Positions 36,969-47,422 of a DNA stretch of 55,312 nucleotides are shown here, one piece after another. Source of the stretch: a virus (Duplodnaviria > Caudoviricetes); IMG/VR virus record IMGVR_UViG_3300020182_002848, positions 1 through 55,312 of that record, one strand, 5' to 3'. How positions within the stretch are numbered: the stretch's first letter is position 1; every line of letters starts with the position of its first letter. Below the pieces are notes generated by a model, which worked only from the letters and a program-made list of their open reading frames with translations, ran no database searches and was not told where the DNA came from. The position numbers and the translations under genes are program-made.

Positions 36969-37189
36969 GTAAATTAGTAGATATGTTACGTACATCTGCA
37001 CAGGCAGATAAAGCAAAAGCCTTATTATCACTTGAATTATTAGGTAATAAAGCAGTTGGTATTGGAGACCATTCAACAGGAGATTTTTACAAAAATGCTG
37101 AAGAAGCACTTATTATGTTAGTAGATGCTGACGATAGGTTAGAAGCATTAGACAAATATTTCAATACCAAAGGATTACTAAATGGGTAG
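36965..37189 (+). CDS. Small hypothetical phage protein
   Basis: 'VGIGDHS' motif; ATGA-coupled. Confidence 0.65.
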   Translation: MSKLVDMLRTSAQADKAKALLSLELLGNKAVGIGDHSTGDFYKNAEEALIMLVDADDRLEALDKYFNTKGLLNG

Positions 37190-37664
37190 TTCAGTAACAA
37201 AATATTTAGAAGAAAATGAGGGTCATTTTGGTAACAAAATAAAACAAATAACTATGAGCGATAGAGAAATTATGAATGCTAAATATCCAAATAAAAAAAT
37301 CAAAGAATTTATGGATGATGAAACAAATCAAATCATAACTATTTTTGAAGAAGAATACCCAGAATTATCTAATGAATTTCAAAACATACAAGATGAAATG
37401 TATGAAATGTTTGCTCGTAAACATATGGATTATGGGTTAAATAACATAGCATTAGGTGGAGATATCGTTAATAATAGCGATGATAAAAAATTCTCATTAA
37501 CTGGGTTAGCTATTAGACTAACCGATAAAATATCACGTTTAAGAAATTTAATGGTTAATGGGAAAAATTATGTTAAAGGTGAAAGTATGGAAGATACTTT
37601 CATAGACGTTGCTAATTATGGTATAATCGGTCTTTTAGTAGGTCGCGATAAATGGAAAAAATAG
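37182..37664 (+). CDS. DUF1599 / nucleotide-modification-associated domain protein (MazG-like fold)
   Basis: 'KHMDYG', 'IRLTDKISRL', 'ESMEDTFIDVANY'. Confidence 0.7.
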   Translation: MGSSVTKYLEENEGHFGNKIKQITMSDREIMNAKYPNKKIKEFMDDETNQIITIFEEEYPELSNEFQNIQDEMYEMFARKHMDYGLNNIALGGDIVNNSDDKKFSLTGLAIRLTDKISRLRNLMVNGKNYVKGESMEDTFIDVANYGIIGLLVGRDKWKK

Positions 37665-37665
37665 T

Positions 37666-38640
37666 TTGGCTAAAAAAATCCCAAAAATAGTAAAGGAGAT
37701 TAGAAATAATCCCCCACCACTTATTAATTATGCATATCAAAAGAATATATCATATTCTCAGATGTCCATATTTAGAGGATGTCCTCATAGATGGAAACTT
37801 CAGTACAAAGATAAAATTAAACGATTTACGTCTTCTATCCATACTGTATTTGGAACCGCTATGCATGAATCAATGCAATATTATTTAGATTATGCTTATG
37901 AAAAATCATTTGCTGCAGCCGATAGAAATATAGATTTAAAAGAAGATTTTCAAGGTAGGTATATAAGCGAATACCAAGTACAGTATAAAAAGAATAATGA
38001 TTCCCATTTTTCAGATGCAACTGAAATGAGAGAGTTTTTTGAAGATGGGGTTGCTATTTTAGAATGGTTTAAGAAAAAACGTAGCAGATATTTTAGCAAA
38101 AAAGGTACCTATTTAGTTGGTTGTGAAATACCTATTGTAGTAGCACCAAATAAAATGTTAAATAACGTATTATACATGGGGTATCTTGATGTTGTCACAT
38201 ACCATGAAGCAACAGAGACATTCAAAATAATTGACATAAAAACAAGTACTGGTGGTTGGAATGATTATGCTAAAAAGGATGAAAATAAACAATTCCAATT
38301 ACTACTATACAAACAATATTTCTCAGAGCAATATGGGATACCTTTAGATAAAATTGAGATTGAATTTTTCATTCTTAAAAGAAAAGTATTAGATCCGGAT
38401 GATGAAAAACTTATGTCACCCTATCAAGCTTATAGGGTACAACAATTTTCTCCACCTAGTGGTAAAATTAAACTAGGTAGAGCAAAAAATGCTATTAATG
38501 ATTTTATTAATGAATGTTTTAATTCAAGCGGTAAAATAAAAGAATCAGATTACCCAAAATCTCCCTCTAAATGGAATTGTAATTTTTGCCCTTATGGAGA
38601 AGATAAAGAATTATGTGGAGCCAAAGAACATTTTTCGTAA
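37666..38640 (+). CDS. PD-(D/E)XK exonuclease, Cas4/RecB-like
   Basis: 'SYSQ...CP', 'GTAMH', 'GYLD', 'IIDIKT', 'QLLLY', C-terminal 'CNFCP...C'. Confidence 0.85.
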   Translation: MAKKIPKIVKEIRNNPPPLINYAYQKNISYSQMSIFRGCPHRWKLQYKDKIKRFTSSIHTVFGTAMHESMQYYLDYAYEKSFAAADRNIDLKEDFQGRYISEYQVQYKKNNDSHFSDATEMREFFEDGVAILEWFKKKRSRYFSKKGTYLVGCEIPIVVAPNKMLNNVLYMGYLDVVTYHEATETFKIIDIKTSTGGWNDYAKKDENKQFQLLLYKQYFSEQYGIPLDKIEIEFFILKRKVLDPDDEKLMSPYQAYRVQQFSPPSGKIKLGRAKNAINDFINECFNSSGKIKESDYPKSPSKWNCNFCPYGEDKELCGAKEHFS

Positions 38641-38688
38641 GTTCACACATACGTATATATATAAATAATGTTTTAATAAATAAAGACT

Positions 38689-38889
38689 ATGACAAATAAA
38701 AAACAAATGACACTAACTAGTGTTAAAGTCAAAAGCGATTTATTCGAGAATTTTAAAATTGAATGTGTAAAACGTAAATTTTCTTTCCAAAAACTTGCAG
38801 ACCGTGCTTTGTTTTTGTATCTCACAGATGAAAGTTTCCGTAAACAAATTACTAATCAAATTAATCTCGAAATAAAAGACAATGAATAA
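38689..38889 (+). CDS. Small ribbon-helix-helix-like DNA-binding protein
   Basis: 'LTSVKV..DLFENFK..C....SFQKL..RAL'; follows ATACGTATA at 38649. Confidence 0.5.
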   Translation: MTNKKQMTLTSVKVKSDLFENFKIECVKRKFSFQKLADRALFLYLTDESFRKQITNQINLEIKDNE

Positions 38890-40321
38890 AGACTTTAAGT
38901 ATCTTCCTAAGGATAAAAGAAAAAAAATACTTCTAATATGTGATGATATTAGAGTCCATTCCGGTGTAGCAACTATAGCAAAAGAAATAGTGCTCCATAC
39001 TTCCCAACATTTTAATTGGGTACAAATAGCTGGATCAATAAAACACCCAGATAAAGGAAAAATTTTAGATTTATCTAAGTCAACTAATGAAGCTGTAGGT
39101 CTAACAGACGCAAGTACTATATTATACCCAGTAGATGGGTATGGAGATTCAACCGCTGTTAGAGAAATTATAGCACGTGAAAACCCTGATGCTGTAATGT
39201 TGTTTACTGATCCAAGATATTTTATGCATATTTGGAATATGGAACAAGAAATTAGAAAGAAAATTCCTATTACTTACCTAAATATTTGGGATGATTATCC
39301 TGCTCCAATGTATAATAAACCTTATTATGAAGCTTGTGATTTATTAATGGGTATTTCAAAACAAACAGTTAATATCAATAAATTAGTATTAAAAGGATCA
39401 GAAAAAAATACAATATTCAAGTATTTACCACACGGTAAAAACCAAAATGTATATACCCCTGTAGAAGATACAAATCCTGATCTAATGGGGTTTAGAAAAC
39501 AATTATTTCCTAATCAACAAGTAGATTTTGTATTATATTTTAATTCAAGAAATATAAGGAGAAAGCAAATCCCTGATACTATAATGGCTTATAGATTGTT
39601 TTTAGATTCTTTACCTAAAGAAAAGGCAGATAAATGTCGTTTTGTAATAAAATCTGAAAAAATTACAGATGCTGGTACTAATTTACACAAAGTATGTGAT
39701 TATATATTAGGTGAAGATTATGAAAATAGTTATATAATTTTAGATCGTAAATTCACAGAAACTCAATTAAACTATCTATATAATATAGCTGATGTACAAA
39801 TATTATTAACATCCAATGAAGGTTGGGGGTTAACAATTACAGAAGCAATATTAGCAGGTACACCAATTATAGCTAATACTACAGGTGGAATGCAAGATCA
39901 AATGAGATTTACTGATGATAAAGGAAAATGGTTTGAACCCGATGCTGATGTTCCTTCTAACCATAGAGGTACATACAAAAATCATGGTGAGTGGGCTTTT
40001 CCAGTTTATCCAACCTCTAGATCAATTCAGGGTTCTCCTCCTACTCCTTACATTTATGATGATAGATGTAATTTTGAAGATGCTACTAAAAGAATTATTG
40101 AGTGTTATGAATTAGGTAGAGAAAATCTAAAACAAAGAGGATTGAAGGGTAGAGAATGGGCTATAAGTGATGAAGCCGGGTTTACTTCTGAACATCAAGG
40201 AGAAAAAGTAATTAATGCTTTTGATGAATTATTTGAAATTTGGGAACCTAGAGAAAAATATGAAGTAATTAATGCCACAGAGTATAAAGGTAAATTTTTA
40301 AACCATAAAATTATATATTAA
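38882..40321 (+). CDS. Glycosyltransferase (GT4/GT-B)
   Basis: 'HSGVA', 'RNIRRK', 'NEGWGL..TEA...GTPII'. Confidence 0.88.
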   Translation: MNKDFKYLPKDKRKKILLICDDIRVHSGVATIAKEIVLHTSQHFNWVQIAGSIKHPDKGKILDLSKSTNEAVGLTDASTILYPVDGYGDSTAVREIIARENPDAVMLFTDPRYFMHIWNMEQEIRKKIPITYLNIWDDYPAPMYNKPYYEACDLLMGISKQTVNINKLVLKGSEKNTIFKYLPHGKNQNVYTPVEDTNPDLMGFRKQLFPNQQVDFVLYFNSRNIRRKQIPDTIMAYRLFLDSLPKEKADKCRFVIKSEKITDAGTNLHKVCDYILGEDYENSYIILDRKFTETQLNYLYNIADVQILLTSNEGWGLTITEAILAGTPIIANTTGGMQDQMRFTDDKGKWFEPDADVPSNHRGTYKNHGEWAFPVYPTSRSIQGSPPTPYIYDDRCNFEDATKRIIECYELGRENLKQRGLKGREWAISDEAGFTSEHQGEKVINAFDELFEIWEPREKYEVINATEYKGKFLNHKIIY

Positions 40322-41619
40322 TGAATAAGCCACGTTTTGTAATAAGTTGCCCATTTGATACCTATTCGGGTTATGGAGCACGTAGTAGAGATATAGTAAA
40401 AGCTATTATTAAAACTAATAAATATAAAGTTGAATTATTATCCCAAAAATGGGGGGAAACTTCATGGGGTTTTTGTAAAGAAAACCCTGAATGGGCTTTT
40501 TTGATACAACATTTAGCAAAACCAGATTGGAACCAAGTAGAAAAACCTGATATTTGGATGCAAATAACTATACCTAATGAATTTCAACCTATAGGAAAAT
40601 TTAATATAGGATGTACTGCAGGAATTGAATCAACAGCCTGTAAAGGGGAGTGGGTTGAAGGTTTAAATAGAATGGATATGAATTGGGTTTCATCAAATCA
40701 TGCTAAAAAGGTATTTGAATCTTCTCGTTTTGATAAAATAGATAAGAGAACAAATAAAAGTACGGGTCAAAGTATAGTATTAAATAAACCTATAGAAGTC
40801 ATATTTGAAGGAGTTAATTTAGATATATACAAACCATTAAAAACTAATGAATTAAAAACATTCGATTTATCAGATATAAAAGAATCATTTTGTTATTTAT
40901 TTGTAGGACATTGGATGAATGGCGAACATGGTCATGATAGAAAAAATGTAGGGGTTTTAGTTAAAGAATTTTTTGATACCTTTAAAAATCAAAAACAAAA
41001 ACCAGCATTAATTCTAAAAGCCTCTGTTGGTACTTCCTCTTATATGAGTAGAGAAGAAATCTTGGATAGAATTAGGAATATTAAAAAAACAATCAATTCT
41101 AAAGATTTACCTAATATATATCTAATAAATGGGGAGTTTAGTGACTATGAAATGAATGAGTTGTATAATAATCCTAAAGTTAAGGGAATGGTAACTACTA
41201 CTAAAGGTGAAGGATTTGGTCGACCTCTACTAGAATTTTCAGCTATTGGTAAACCAATAATTGCCTCTGGGTGGTCAGGTCATTTAGATTTTTTAAATCC
41301 TCAATATGTTACTTTACTCCCTGGATCCTTAGAAAATGTTCACCCTAGTGCCGCAAATAATTGGTTAATACAAGAAAGTCAATGGTTTCAAGTTAGTGGT
41401 AGTCATTTAAGATCTTCTTTTAAAGACGTATTTAAAAAATATAAATCATTTAGTGTTAAAGGAAAACAACAAAAACATTATGTTAAAACTAACTTTAGTT
41501 GGGAAGAAATGTATAAATTAGTTGATATTAGTCTTGATAAGGCAACATCTGGTTTACCAAAACAAGTAGAACTATCTCTTCCTAAATTAAATTTACCTAA
41601 AATGAAAAAATTAAATTAA
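40321..41619 (+). CDS. Glycosyltransferase (GT4/GT-B)
   Basis: 'SGYG', 'RKNV', 'GEGFGRPLLE...GKPII'. Confidence 0.88.
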   Translation: MNKPRFVISCPFDTYSGYGARSRDIVKAIIKTNKYKVELLSQKWGETSWGFCKENPEWAFLIQHLAKPDWNQVEKPDIWMQITIPNEFQPIGKFNIGCTAGIESTACKGEWVEGLNRMDMNWVSSNHAKKVFESSRFDKIDKRTNKSTGQSIVLNKPIEVIFEGVNLDIYKPLKTNELKTFDLSDIKESFCYLFVGHWMNGEHGHDRKNVGVLVKEFFDTFKNQKQKPALILKASVGTSSYMSREEILDRIRNIKKTINSKDLPNIYLINGEFSDYEMNELYNNPKVKGMVTTTKGEGFGRPLLEFSAIGKPIIASGWSGHLDFLNPQYVTLLPGSLENVHPSAANNWLIQESQWFQVSGSHLRSSFKDVFKKYKSFSVKGKQQKHYVKTNFSWEEMYKLVDISLDKATSGLPKQVELSLPKLNLPKMKKLN

Positions 41620-41620
41620 T

Positions 41621-42064
41621 ATGAATTTTGATAAAATAATAGATTGCCCTAAATCCGGTGGTGATTTATGTTATAAAACGGAAATAAATAAAGATATTAC
41701 TAATTATTATAGTTTATCATGTGGGTTTCATACTAATACTTTAATGTTAGAAGGTTCTGAATTTTATGAAGAGCAAGTAAGTGTTTTACCTGAAATCTAT
41801 AAGGATTTAGCATGGGTTGACCCTGAAACTAAATTAATATGGTTACCCAATATTGTTAATGTTAAAGAAAATGGAATGGTATTTGCCTCAGGGGCTGATA
41901 TAGAAAATTGGAGTTGGGGTGCAGTAAAAGCTATTGAAATACCAAAAGAAGAACAAGAAAAATATAAAGGTGAAAAATATAGAGCCGATATGACTACTAT
42001 AAAATATTTTAAAGAACGTGATTTTATGGATGCTCTTTCGTATATTGGATTATTACCAGAATAG
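41621..42064 (+). CDS. Hypothetical protein
   Basis: Packed ORF within the glycosylation island. Confidence 0.65.
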   Translation: MNFDKIIDCPKSGGDLCYKTEINKDITNYYSLSCGFHTNTLMLEGSEFYEEQVSVLPEIYKDLAWVDPETKLIWLPNIVNVKENGMVFASGADIENWSWGAVKAIEIPKEEQEKYKGEKYRADMTTIKYFKERDFMDALSYIGLLPE

Positions 42065-42066
42065 AT

Positions 42067-42693
42067 ATGAAGATAAGTTATGCGATAACAGTATGTAATG
42101 AGTTTCTTGAAATACAGAAACTTATTCCCTTTCTGTTAGAAAATAAAAGAATAAAGGACGAAATAGTTATTTTGTATGATAGTAAAAATGGTGATCCTGA
42201 AGTATTAAGTTATTTATTAAAATTTAATAAATTGCCTAATGTACAAACATGGAGAGGATTTGATTTTAATGGTCATTTTGCTGACTGGAAAAACCAGTTA
42301 ACAGAATATTGTTCAGGAGATTACATATTCCAAATAGATGCTGATGAAATTCCTCATCAAGTATTATTAGGTTACCTCCCAGAGATATTAGGTAATAATC
42401 CTGATAACGAAGTATATTTAGTTCCTAGAATAAATACAGTTGAAGGAATAACTGATGAACATATTAAAAAATGGGGTTGGAATGTTAATGATAAAGGATG
42501 GGTAAATTATCCTGATTACCAATGGCGTATATGGAAAAATAAACCTGAAATTAAATGGAAAAATAAAGTACATGAGGTTTTAGAGGGTTTTAAAACATAT
42601 GCCCCTATCCCTTCAACTGAGCAACTATCTTTATATCACCCTAAAACAATTGATCGTCAAGAAAAACAAAACGCTTACTACAATACATTATGA
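42067..42693 (+). CDS. Glycosyltransferase (GT2)
   Basis: 'ISYAITVCNE', 'IDADE', 'YPDYQ.R', 'VHE'. Confidence 0.85.
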   Translation: MKISYAITVCNEFLEIQKLIPFLLENKRIKDEIVILYDSKNGDPEVLSYLLKFNKLPNVQTWRGFDFNGHFADWKNQLTEYCSGDYIFQIDADEIPHQVLLGYLPEILGNNPDNEVYLVPRINTVEGITDEHIKKWGWNVNDKGWVNYPDYQWRIWKNKPEIKWKNKVHEVLEGFKTYAPIPSTEQLSLYHPKTIDRQEKQNAYYNTL

Positions 42694-43622
42694 TAAAAGG
42701 AAAAAAAATATTCATTACTGGTGGAGCAGGATATTTAGGTAAAAACTTAGTTAAACGTTATTATAATGATAATGAAATTACTGTCTACTCCAGAGATGAA
42801 GCAAAACATTATTATTTAAAAAAAGAATTTCCTAATATCAAATGTATAATAGGAGATATTCGTAATTACGATTTATTAACCCGTTCTGCTTTTGGACATG
42901 ATATAGGAATATTTGCCGCTTCTTTAAAACAAATAGAAGCTGTGGATCAAAATGTTGAAGAATCAGTTAAAGTTCTTGTAGATGGTGCCATTAATTCTAG
43001 AAGAGCAGCAGAAGATAATAATTTTGAAGCAGCATGCTTTATATCTTCAGATAAATCAAGAGCGGCAACTACATTATATGGCGCAATGAAATTTGTAGCT
43101 GGTGAGTCATTTATAGTGAATGCAGAAAATTCTAATGTGCGTTTATCTACAGCGATATACGGTAATGTTATTAATTCTACTGGTAGTATTATACCATTAA
43201 TTTGGGATTCAATTAATAAAAAATACTCATTAACTTTATATTCAGAACAAATGACACGTTTTGTAATTGATATAGAAGGAGCTATGAATTTAATTGAACA
43301 GGGATTGAAAGTTACAGGATATAATGTAATCCCTAATTTAAAATCATTTAAAATAAAAGACTTATTTGAAATATATAATGAAGAATTTAATTTAGAGTAT
43401 ATATTAGGAACTCCCCGTATATCAGAGAAACTTCATGAAATGATGATTTCAAAAGAAGAACTACCAAGAACATATTATAACTCATCTGATAACACTTATT
43501 ATATGCATTATAAAGAAATACAGGAAAAATGGGATAGCCGTGAATTTACTAGTGATGTTGTATGTATGTCTAAAGATGAATTAAAAAATATACTGAAAAT
43601 CTATAATTATTTTAAACCATGA
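42690..43622 (+). CDS. UDP-GlcNAc 4,6-dehydratase (PseB/CapD-like)
   Basis: 'ITGGAGYLG', 'SRDE.K', 'GDIRN', 'SSDK', 'YGAMK', 'YGNV', 'EKLHE'. Confidence 0.85.
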   Translation: MIKGKKIFITGGAGYLGKNLVKRYYNDNEITVYSRDEAKHYYLKKEFPNIKCIIGDIRNYDLLTRSAFGHDIGIFAASLKQIEAVDQNVEESVKVLVDGAINSRRAAEDNNFEAACFISSDKSRAATTLYGAMKFVAGESFIVNAENSNVRLSTAIYGNVINSTGSIIPLIWDSINKKYSLTLYSEQMTRFVIDIEGAMNLIEQGLKVTGYNVIPNLKSFKIKDLFEIYNEEFNLEYILGTPRISEKLHEMMISKEELPRTYYNSSDNTYYMHYKEIQEKWDSREFTSDVVCMSKDELKNILKIYNYFKP

Positions 43623-44350
43623 AAGTATTAGTATTAGGACATAAAGGGATGTTAGGACATATGGTACTAAAGTATCTAAAATATAATAATCCTTATAGTG
43701 AATTTGTAACAATAGATAAAAGGTGGCCTTCACCTAAATTTAAAGAATCTATTAAAGAATTTAACGGAGAATTTATTATTAATTGTATAGGAGCAATACA
43801 TCAAAGAACAAACCAATTTGATATTAATTGGGAGTTACCTCAATGGTTAGATGAAAATGCTGATTGTAAAATTATACACCCTGGTACTGATTGTGAAATA
43901 GATAATGATGATTATGGTAATTCTAAAAGAATAGCAGCAGAATGGATTAAATCATCAAGTAAAAATACTAAAATAATTAAAACTTCTATTTTAGGTCCTG
44001 AACTTAACACAAAAGCAAGTTTAATGGAATGGTTTTTATCTCAAAATGGAACAATAAATGGCTATTCAGAATGTTATTGGAATGGAAATACCACTTTAAC
44101 GTGGGCTAAACATTGCACCTTTTTAATGGCTAATTGGGGTACACAACAAATAGAAACTATATTAGAAGGTGAACGGGTTTCTAAATATAAATTACTATTA
44201 ACCTTAAAAGAAGTATATAGTCGATATGATATTAATATTAACCCAGTTAATGAACCTGTAATAGATAAATGTTTAAAAGGTAATATTAAAACCCCTAATT
44301 TAAAATCACAACTAATAGATTTACAATACTTTAATAATATTGAAGGATAA
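43619..44350 (+). CDS. RmlD-like NDP-4-keto-sugar reductase
   Basis: 'LGHKGMLG', 'INCIG', 'TDC', 'YGNSK', 'TSILG'. Confidence 0.8.
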   Translation: MKVLVLGHKGMLGHMVLKYLKYNNPYSEFVTIDKRWPSPKFKESIKEFNGEFIINCIGAIHQRTNQFDINWELPQWLDENADCKIIHPGTDCEIDNDDYGNSKRIAAEWIKSSSKNTKIIKTSILGPELNTKASLMEWFLSQNGTINGYSECYWNGNTTLTWAKHCTFLMANWGTQQIETILEGERVSKYKLLLTLKEVYSRYDININPVNEPVIDKCLKGNIKTPNLKSQLIDLQYFNNIEG

Positions 44351-45017
44351 ATTAAACATAACTATATCAATTGATGATATTAACCCATTAAAAGGTTGGG
44401 GGGCTGAAGGTGATATTCAGATGTCTTACTTAGAAGACCTACATAGAGAATTTGGTGCTAAATTTACACTATTTATTCCTTCTAATTATCACAAACAAGC
44501 TCCACTATCAAAGCATAAAGATTGGGTTAATTGGTTAAAATCAAAAAAATATTTTGAATTAGCTGCTCATGGGCATTACCATGAATGTGAAAATGAAGGG
44601 ATTGGTGAATGTGAATTTTGGGAGTTAAATACAGAAAAAAAAGCTAAGGACAGAATTAATTTAATGTTTAAAGAATGGGAAGCTGTAGGACATAAACCAG
44701 AAGGGTGGAGAAATCCTGGTTGGTTAGGTAATCCTATTGCTATTAAGGAATTAGGTAAACATTTTAAATATTCGGCAGTACATTATGAACATAATCGTAA
44801 TAATAAATGGTTATGTGAAACCTTTTATGGAGCAGATGGTATTGATATAACAGATATTAAAGTTCATAATAACAATATGATAATGTTTCAATCTCATATA
44901 GCTGGGGATTGGAATGATAATGTTTGGAATGAAAATAATTACCAGCAAATGAGAATATCTTTAGAACATTTATGCAAAATGAATTTCAAATTTAAAACAT
45001 TAAACGAATGTCTATAG
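44340..45017 (+). CDS. Polysaccharide deacetylase-like (CE4/NodB fold)
   Basis: 'ISIDD', 'AAHGHYH', 'WRNPGW', 'SH'. Confidence 0.75.
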   Translation: MKDKLNITISIDDINPLKGWGAEGDIQMSYLEDLHREFGAKFTLFIPSNYHKQAPLSKHKDWVNWLKSKKYFELAAHGHYHECENEGIGECEFWELNTEKKAKDRINLMFKEWEAVGHKPEGWRNPGWLGNPIAIKELGKHFKYSAVHYEHNRNNKWLCETFYGADGIDITDIKVHNNNMIMFQSHIAGDWNDNVWNENNYQQMRISLEHLCKMNFKFKTLNECL

Positions 45018-45898
45018 CATTTTTTACAGAAATGGGTTTTAATGGTAAAATTCCTAGTAATCATAATAATATGAGGACTGAATTTGCCTGGATGGTAGCT
45101 TTAAATGCCGACCATTATAACATTAATAATGTTCCAGATAAAAAATATGATTTAGGAATTACTATTATACCAAAAAATAACCCCCAATTTGATCTTAAAA
45201 GATTAAAGCAATATTGTGGTAAGGTAGCTGTAATGCAAGAAGGCCCCCACTGGTATTTTCAAGATTATAATTTAAATGATCAAATTAATTACTTTAATGC
45301 TTTAACATCAGCCGATATAATATTTGTTCATAATAAAGCCGATAAAATATACTATAGGGGATTAACAGGACATAAGGATGTTAGAGTAATGAGATCCCTT
45401 ATGATTGAAGAAGCTATTGGAGAAACAAAAATAGTTAATAGAAAAGGAGTTATTATTGGGGGTAATTTTGTAAATTGGTATGGAGGTTTTGATTCATATA
45501 TGGTAGCAAACAGTCAATTTGATGTTGTATCAGCACCAACAATGGGTAGAAAACAAGAAGGGGAAGAACAGTTATTGACTTTACTTCCATATATGAACTG
45601 GAAAGAATGGATTCATAAACTTAATGAATTTAAGATTGGAGTGCATTTAATGAGAACCCATGCTGCTGGTACGTTTGCTCTAAATTGTGCTTATTTGGGT
45701 ATTCCTTGTATAGGTTATAAGGGATTAGATACCCAAGAGCTATGTCACCCTGAACTCACAGTTAATGTTGGTGATTTGGGGCATGCTAAAGAATTAATAA
45801 AAGAACTTAATAATAATAGCGAATTTTATAGTGAATGTAGTAAACAAGCTAAAGATTATTATAGTATTTACTACCACGAAAATAATTTTAAAATATGA
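45008..45898 (+). CDS. Probable glycosyltransferase (GT-B-like)
   Basis: C-terminal 'AGTFALNCAYLGIPCIG'; island context. Confidence 0.6.
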   Translation: MSIAFFTEMGFNGKIPSNHNNMRTEFAWMVALNADHYNINNVPDKKYDLGITIIPKNNPQFDLKRLKQYCGKVAVMQEGPHWYFQDYNLNDQINYFNALTSADIIFVHNKADKIYYRGLTGHKDVRVMRSLMIEEAIGETKIVNRKGVIIGGNFVNWYGGFDSYMVANSQFDVVSAPTMGRKQEGEEQLLTLLPYMNWKEWIHKLNEFKIGVHLMRTHAAGTFALNCAYLGIPCIGYKGLDTQELCHPELTVNVGDLGHAKELIKELNNNSEFYSECSKQAKDYYSIYYHENNFKI

Positions 45899-46740
45899 AA
45901 GCATTAGTAACAGGAGGAGCAGGATTTATAGGAACAAACCTAATCAAACGTTTATTAAAAGATGGACATAATGTTGTATCCTTTGATAATTATAACACTG
46001 GGTTAAAAAATAACCATATTGGGGGAGCGATTTATGTTGATTTAGATATAACTAATTTCCCACAAAATGATAGTAGTTATTGGGAAAAGTTCGATGTTGT
46101 ATTTCATATGGCGGCAATTGCCAGAATACAACCTTCATTTGAAAACCCTAAAAATTACTTTAATACTAATGCTATGGGTACTTTAAATATAGTTGAAATG
46201 TGTTCAAAGGCAAATATCCCTTTAATATATGCTGGTTCATCTTCAAAACATAGTGGTAGATTTAAAAATCCTTATACCTTTTCTAAGGATGTAGGAGAGG
46301 ACATCATTGAGTTATATACTAAACATTATAATTTATTAGCAACAACTACTCGATTTTATAATGTATATGGTCCTCACCAATTAACTGAGGGTGGGTATAC
46401 TACATTGGTAGGTCGTTGGTTAAACAACATAAAAAACAACATACAATGTGAAATCTATGGTGATGGAGAACAGCGTAGAGATTTTACTCATGTTGATGAT
46501 ATTGTTAATGCCCTAATTGCAATCATGGAGGGTAATCATTATGGTTATGACTTTGAATTGGGTCGTGGGAAAAACATATCAGTTAATGAAGTAGCTAAAA
46601 TGATGGAAATAACACCTACATACAAACCTTCTAAACCTGGAGAAGCAAGACATACTCTAAATACAGATACTACAGCTAATGAAATATTAAGTTGGAATCC
46701 CCAAAAAGAATTATTAGATTACATAAAAACACAAATATGA
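45895..46740 (+). CDS. NAD-dependent sugar epimerase/dehydratase
   Basis: 'VTGGAGFIG', 'YTFSK', 'RFYNVYGP', 'GDGEQRRDFTHVDD'. Confidence 0.9.
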   Translation: MKALVTGGAGFIGTNLIKRLLKDGHNVVSFDNYNTGLKNNHIGGAIYVDLDITNFPQNDSSYWEKFDVVFHMAAIARIQPSFENPKNYFNTNAMGTLNIVEMCSKANIPLIYAGSSSKHSGRFKNPYTFSKDVGEDIIELYTKHYNLLATTTRFYNVYGPHQLTEGGYTTLVGRWLNNIKNNIQCEIYGDGEQRRDFTHVDDIVNALIAIMEGNHYGYDFELGRGKNISVNEVAKMMEITPTYKPSKPGEARHTLNTDTTANEILSWNPQKELLDYIKTQI

Positions 46741-47420
46741 GCCAAGATAAACAAATAAAAAATGTCAAAGTATCAGATAATACTGCCATTAAAGATTTTA
46801 ATAGATTTACTTACCCTGCATCCTCTACTTCTATTGATAGATATGTCTTTGCTAATACTTGGACTAAAGGTAAAACAGTATTAGATGCTGCAACCGGACA
46901 AGGTTATGGGGCTGGGATATTATTATCTTTAGGTGCTAAAAGTGTAGTAGGTATAGATACAGATGAACACGCAGTAGAAGTAGCAAATAATTTACTTCAA
47001 TCTCCAAAAGCAAATTTTTCAGTATGTGATATATTTGACTTAGAAAAAGATTTTAAAGAAAATGAATTTGAAGTATGTGTTTCTCTTGAAACTTTTGAAC
47101 ATTTACCTCCTGAAAGATTAGATGAATATTTACAGTCTATAAGAAAAGTAACATCAGAAACTTTAGTTATATCAACACCTCAAAGAAAAACTGAAGAATG
47201 GGTATATGATGGGGGAACACATTTATATGAATACAGTGCTGAAGAATTTTTAGAAGCTTTAAAAAGAAATTTTCCTAATGATGAAATAGGTGGGTTTGGA
47301 ATTATAGAAGCACCTTTAAAAACAGATTACCCAAACATTGATTATCAATGGGGATCAACCATAACTACTAATTTAAGTAGAGCTTGGGTAATGGTGGGAA
47401 TAATTTCATTAAATAAATAA
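46737..47420 (+). CDS. Class I SAM-dependent methyltransferase
   Basis: 'VLDAATGQGYG', 'GID', 'ETFEH', 'ISTP'; ATGA-coupled start. Confidence 0.85.
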   Translation: MSQDKQIKNVKVSDNTAIKDFNRFTYPASSTSIDRYVFANTWTKGKTVLDAATGQGYGAGILLSLGAKSVVGIDTDEHAVEVANNLLQSPKANFSVCDIFDLEKDFKENEFEVCVSLETFEHLPPERLDEYLQSIRKVTSETLVISTPQRKTEEWVYDGGTHLYEYSAEEFLEALKRNFPNDEIGGFGIIEAPLKTDYPNIDYQWGSTITTNLSRAWVMVGIISLNK

Positions 47421-47422
47421 AT

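Noticed and set aside
37666-38690. CRISPR array or cas operon near the Cas4-like gene
   Set aside because: No regularly spaced direct repeats or other cas genes are seen in the window.
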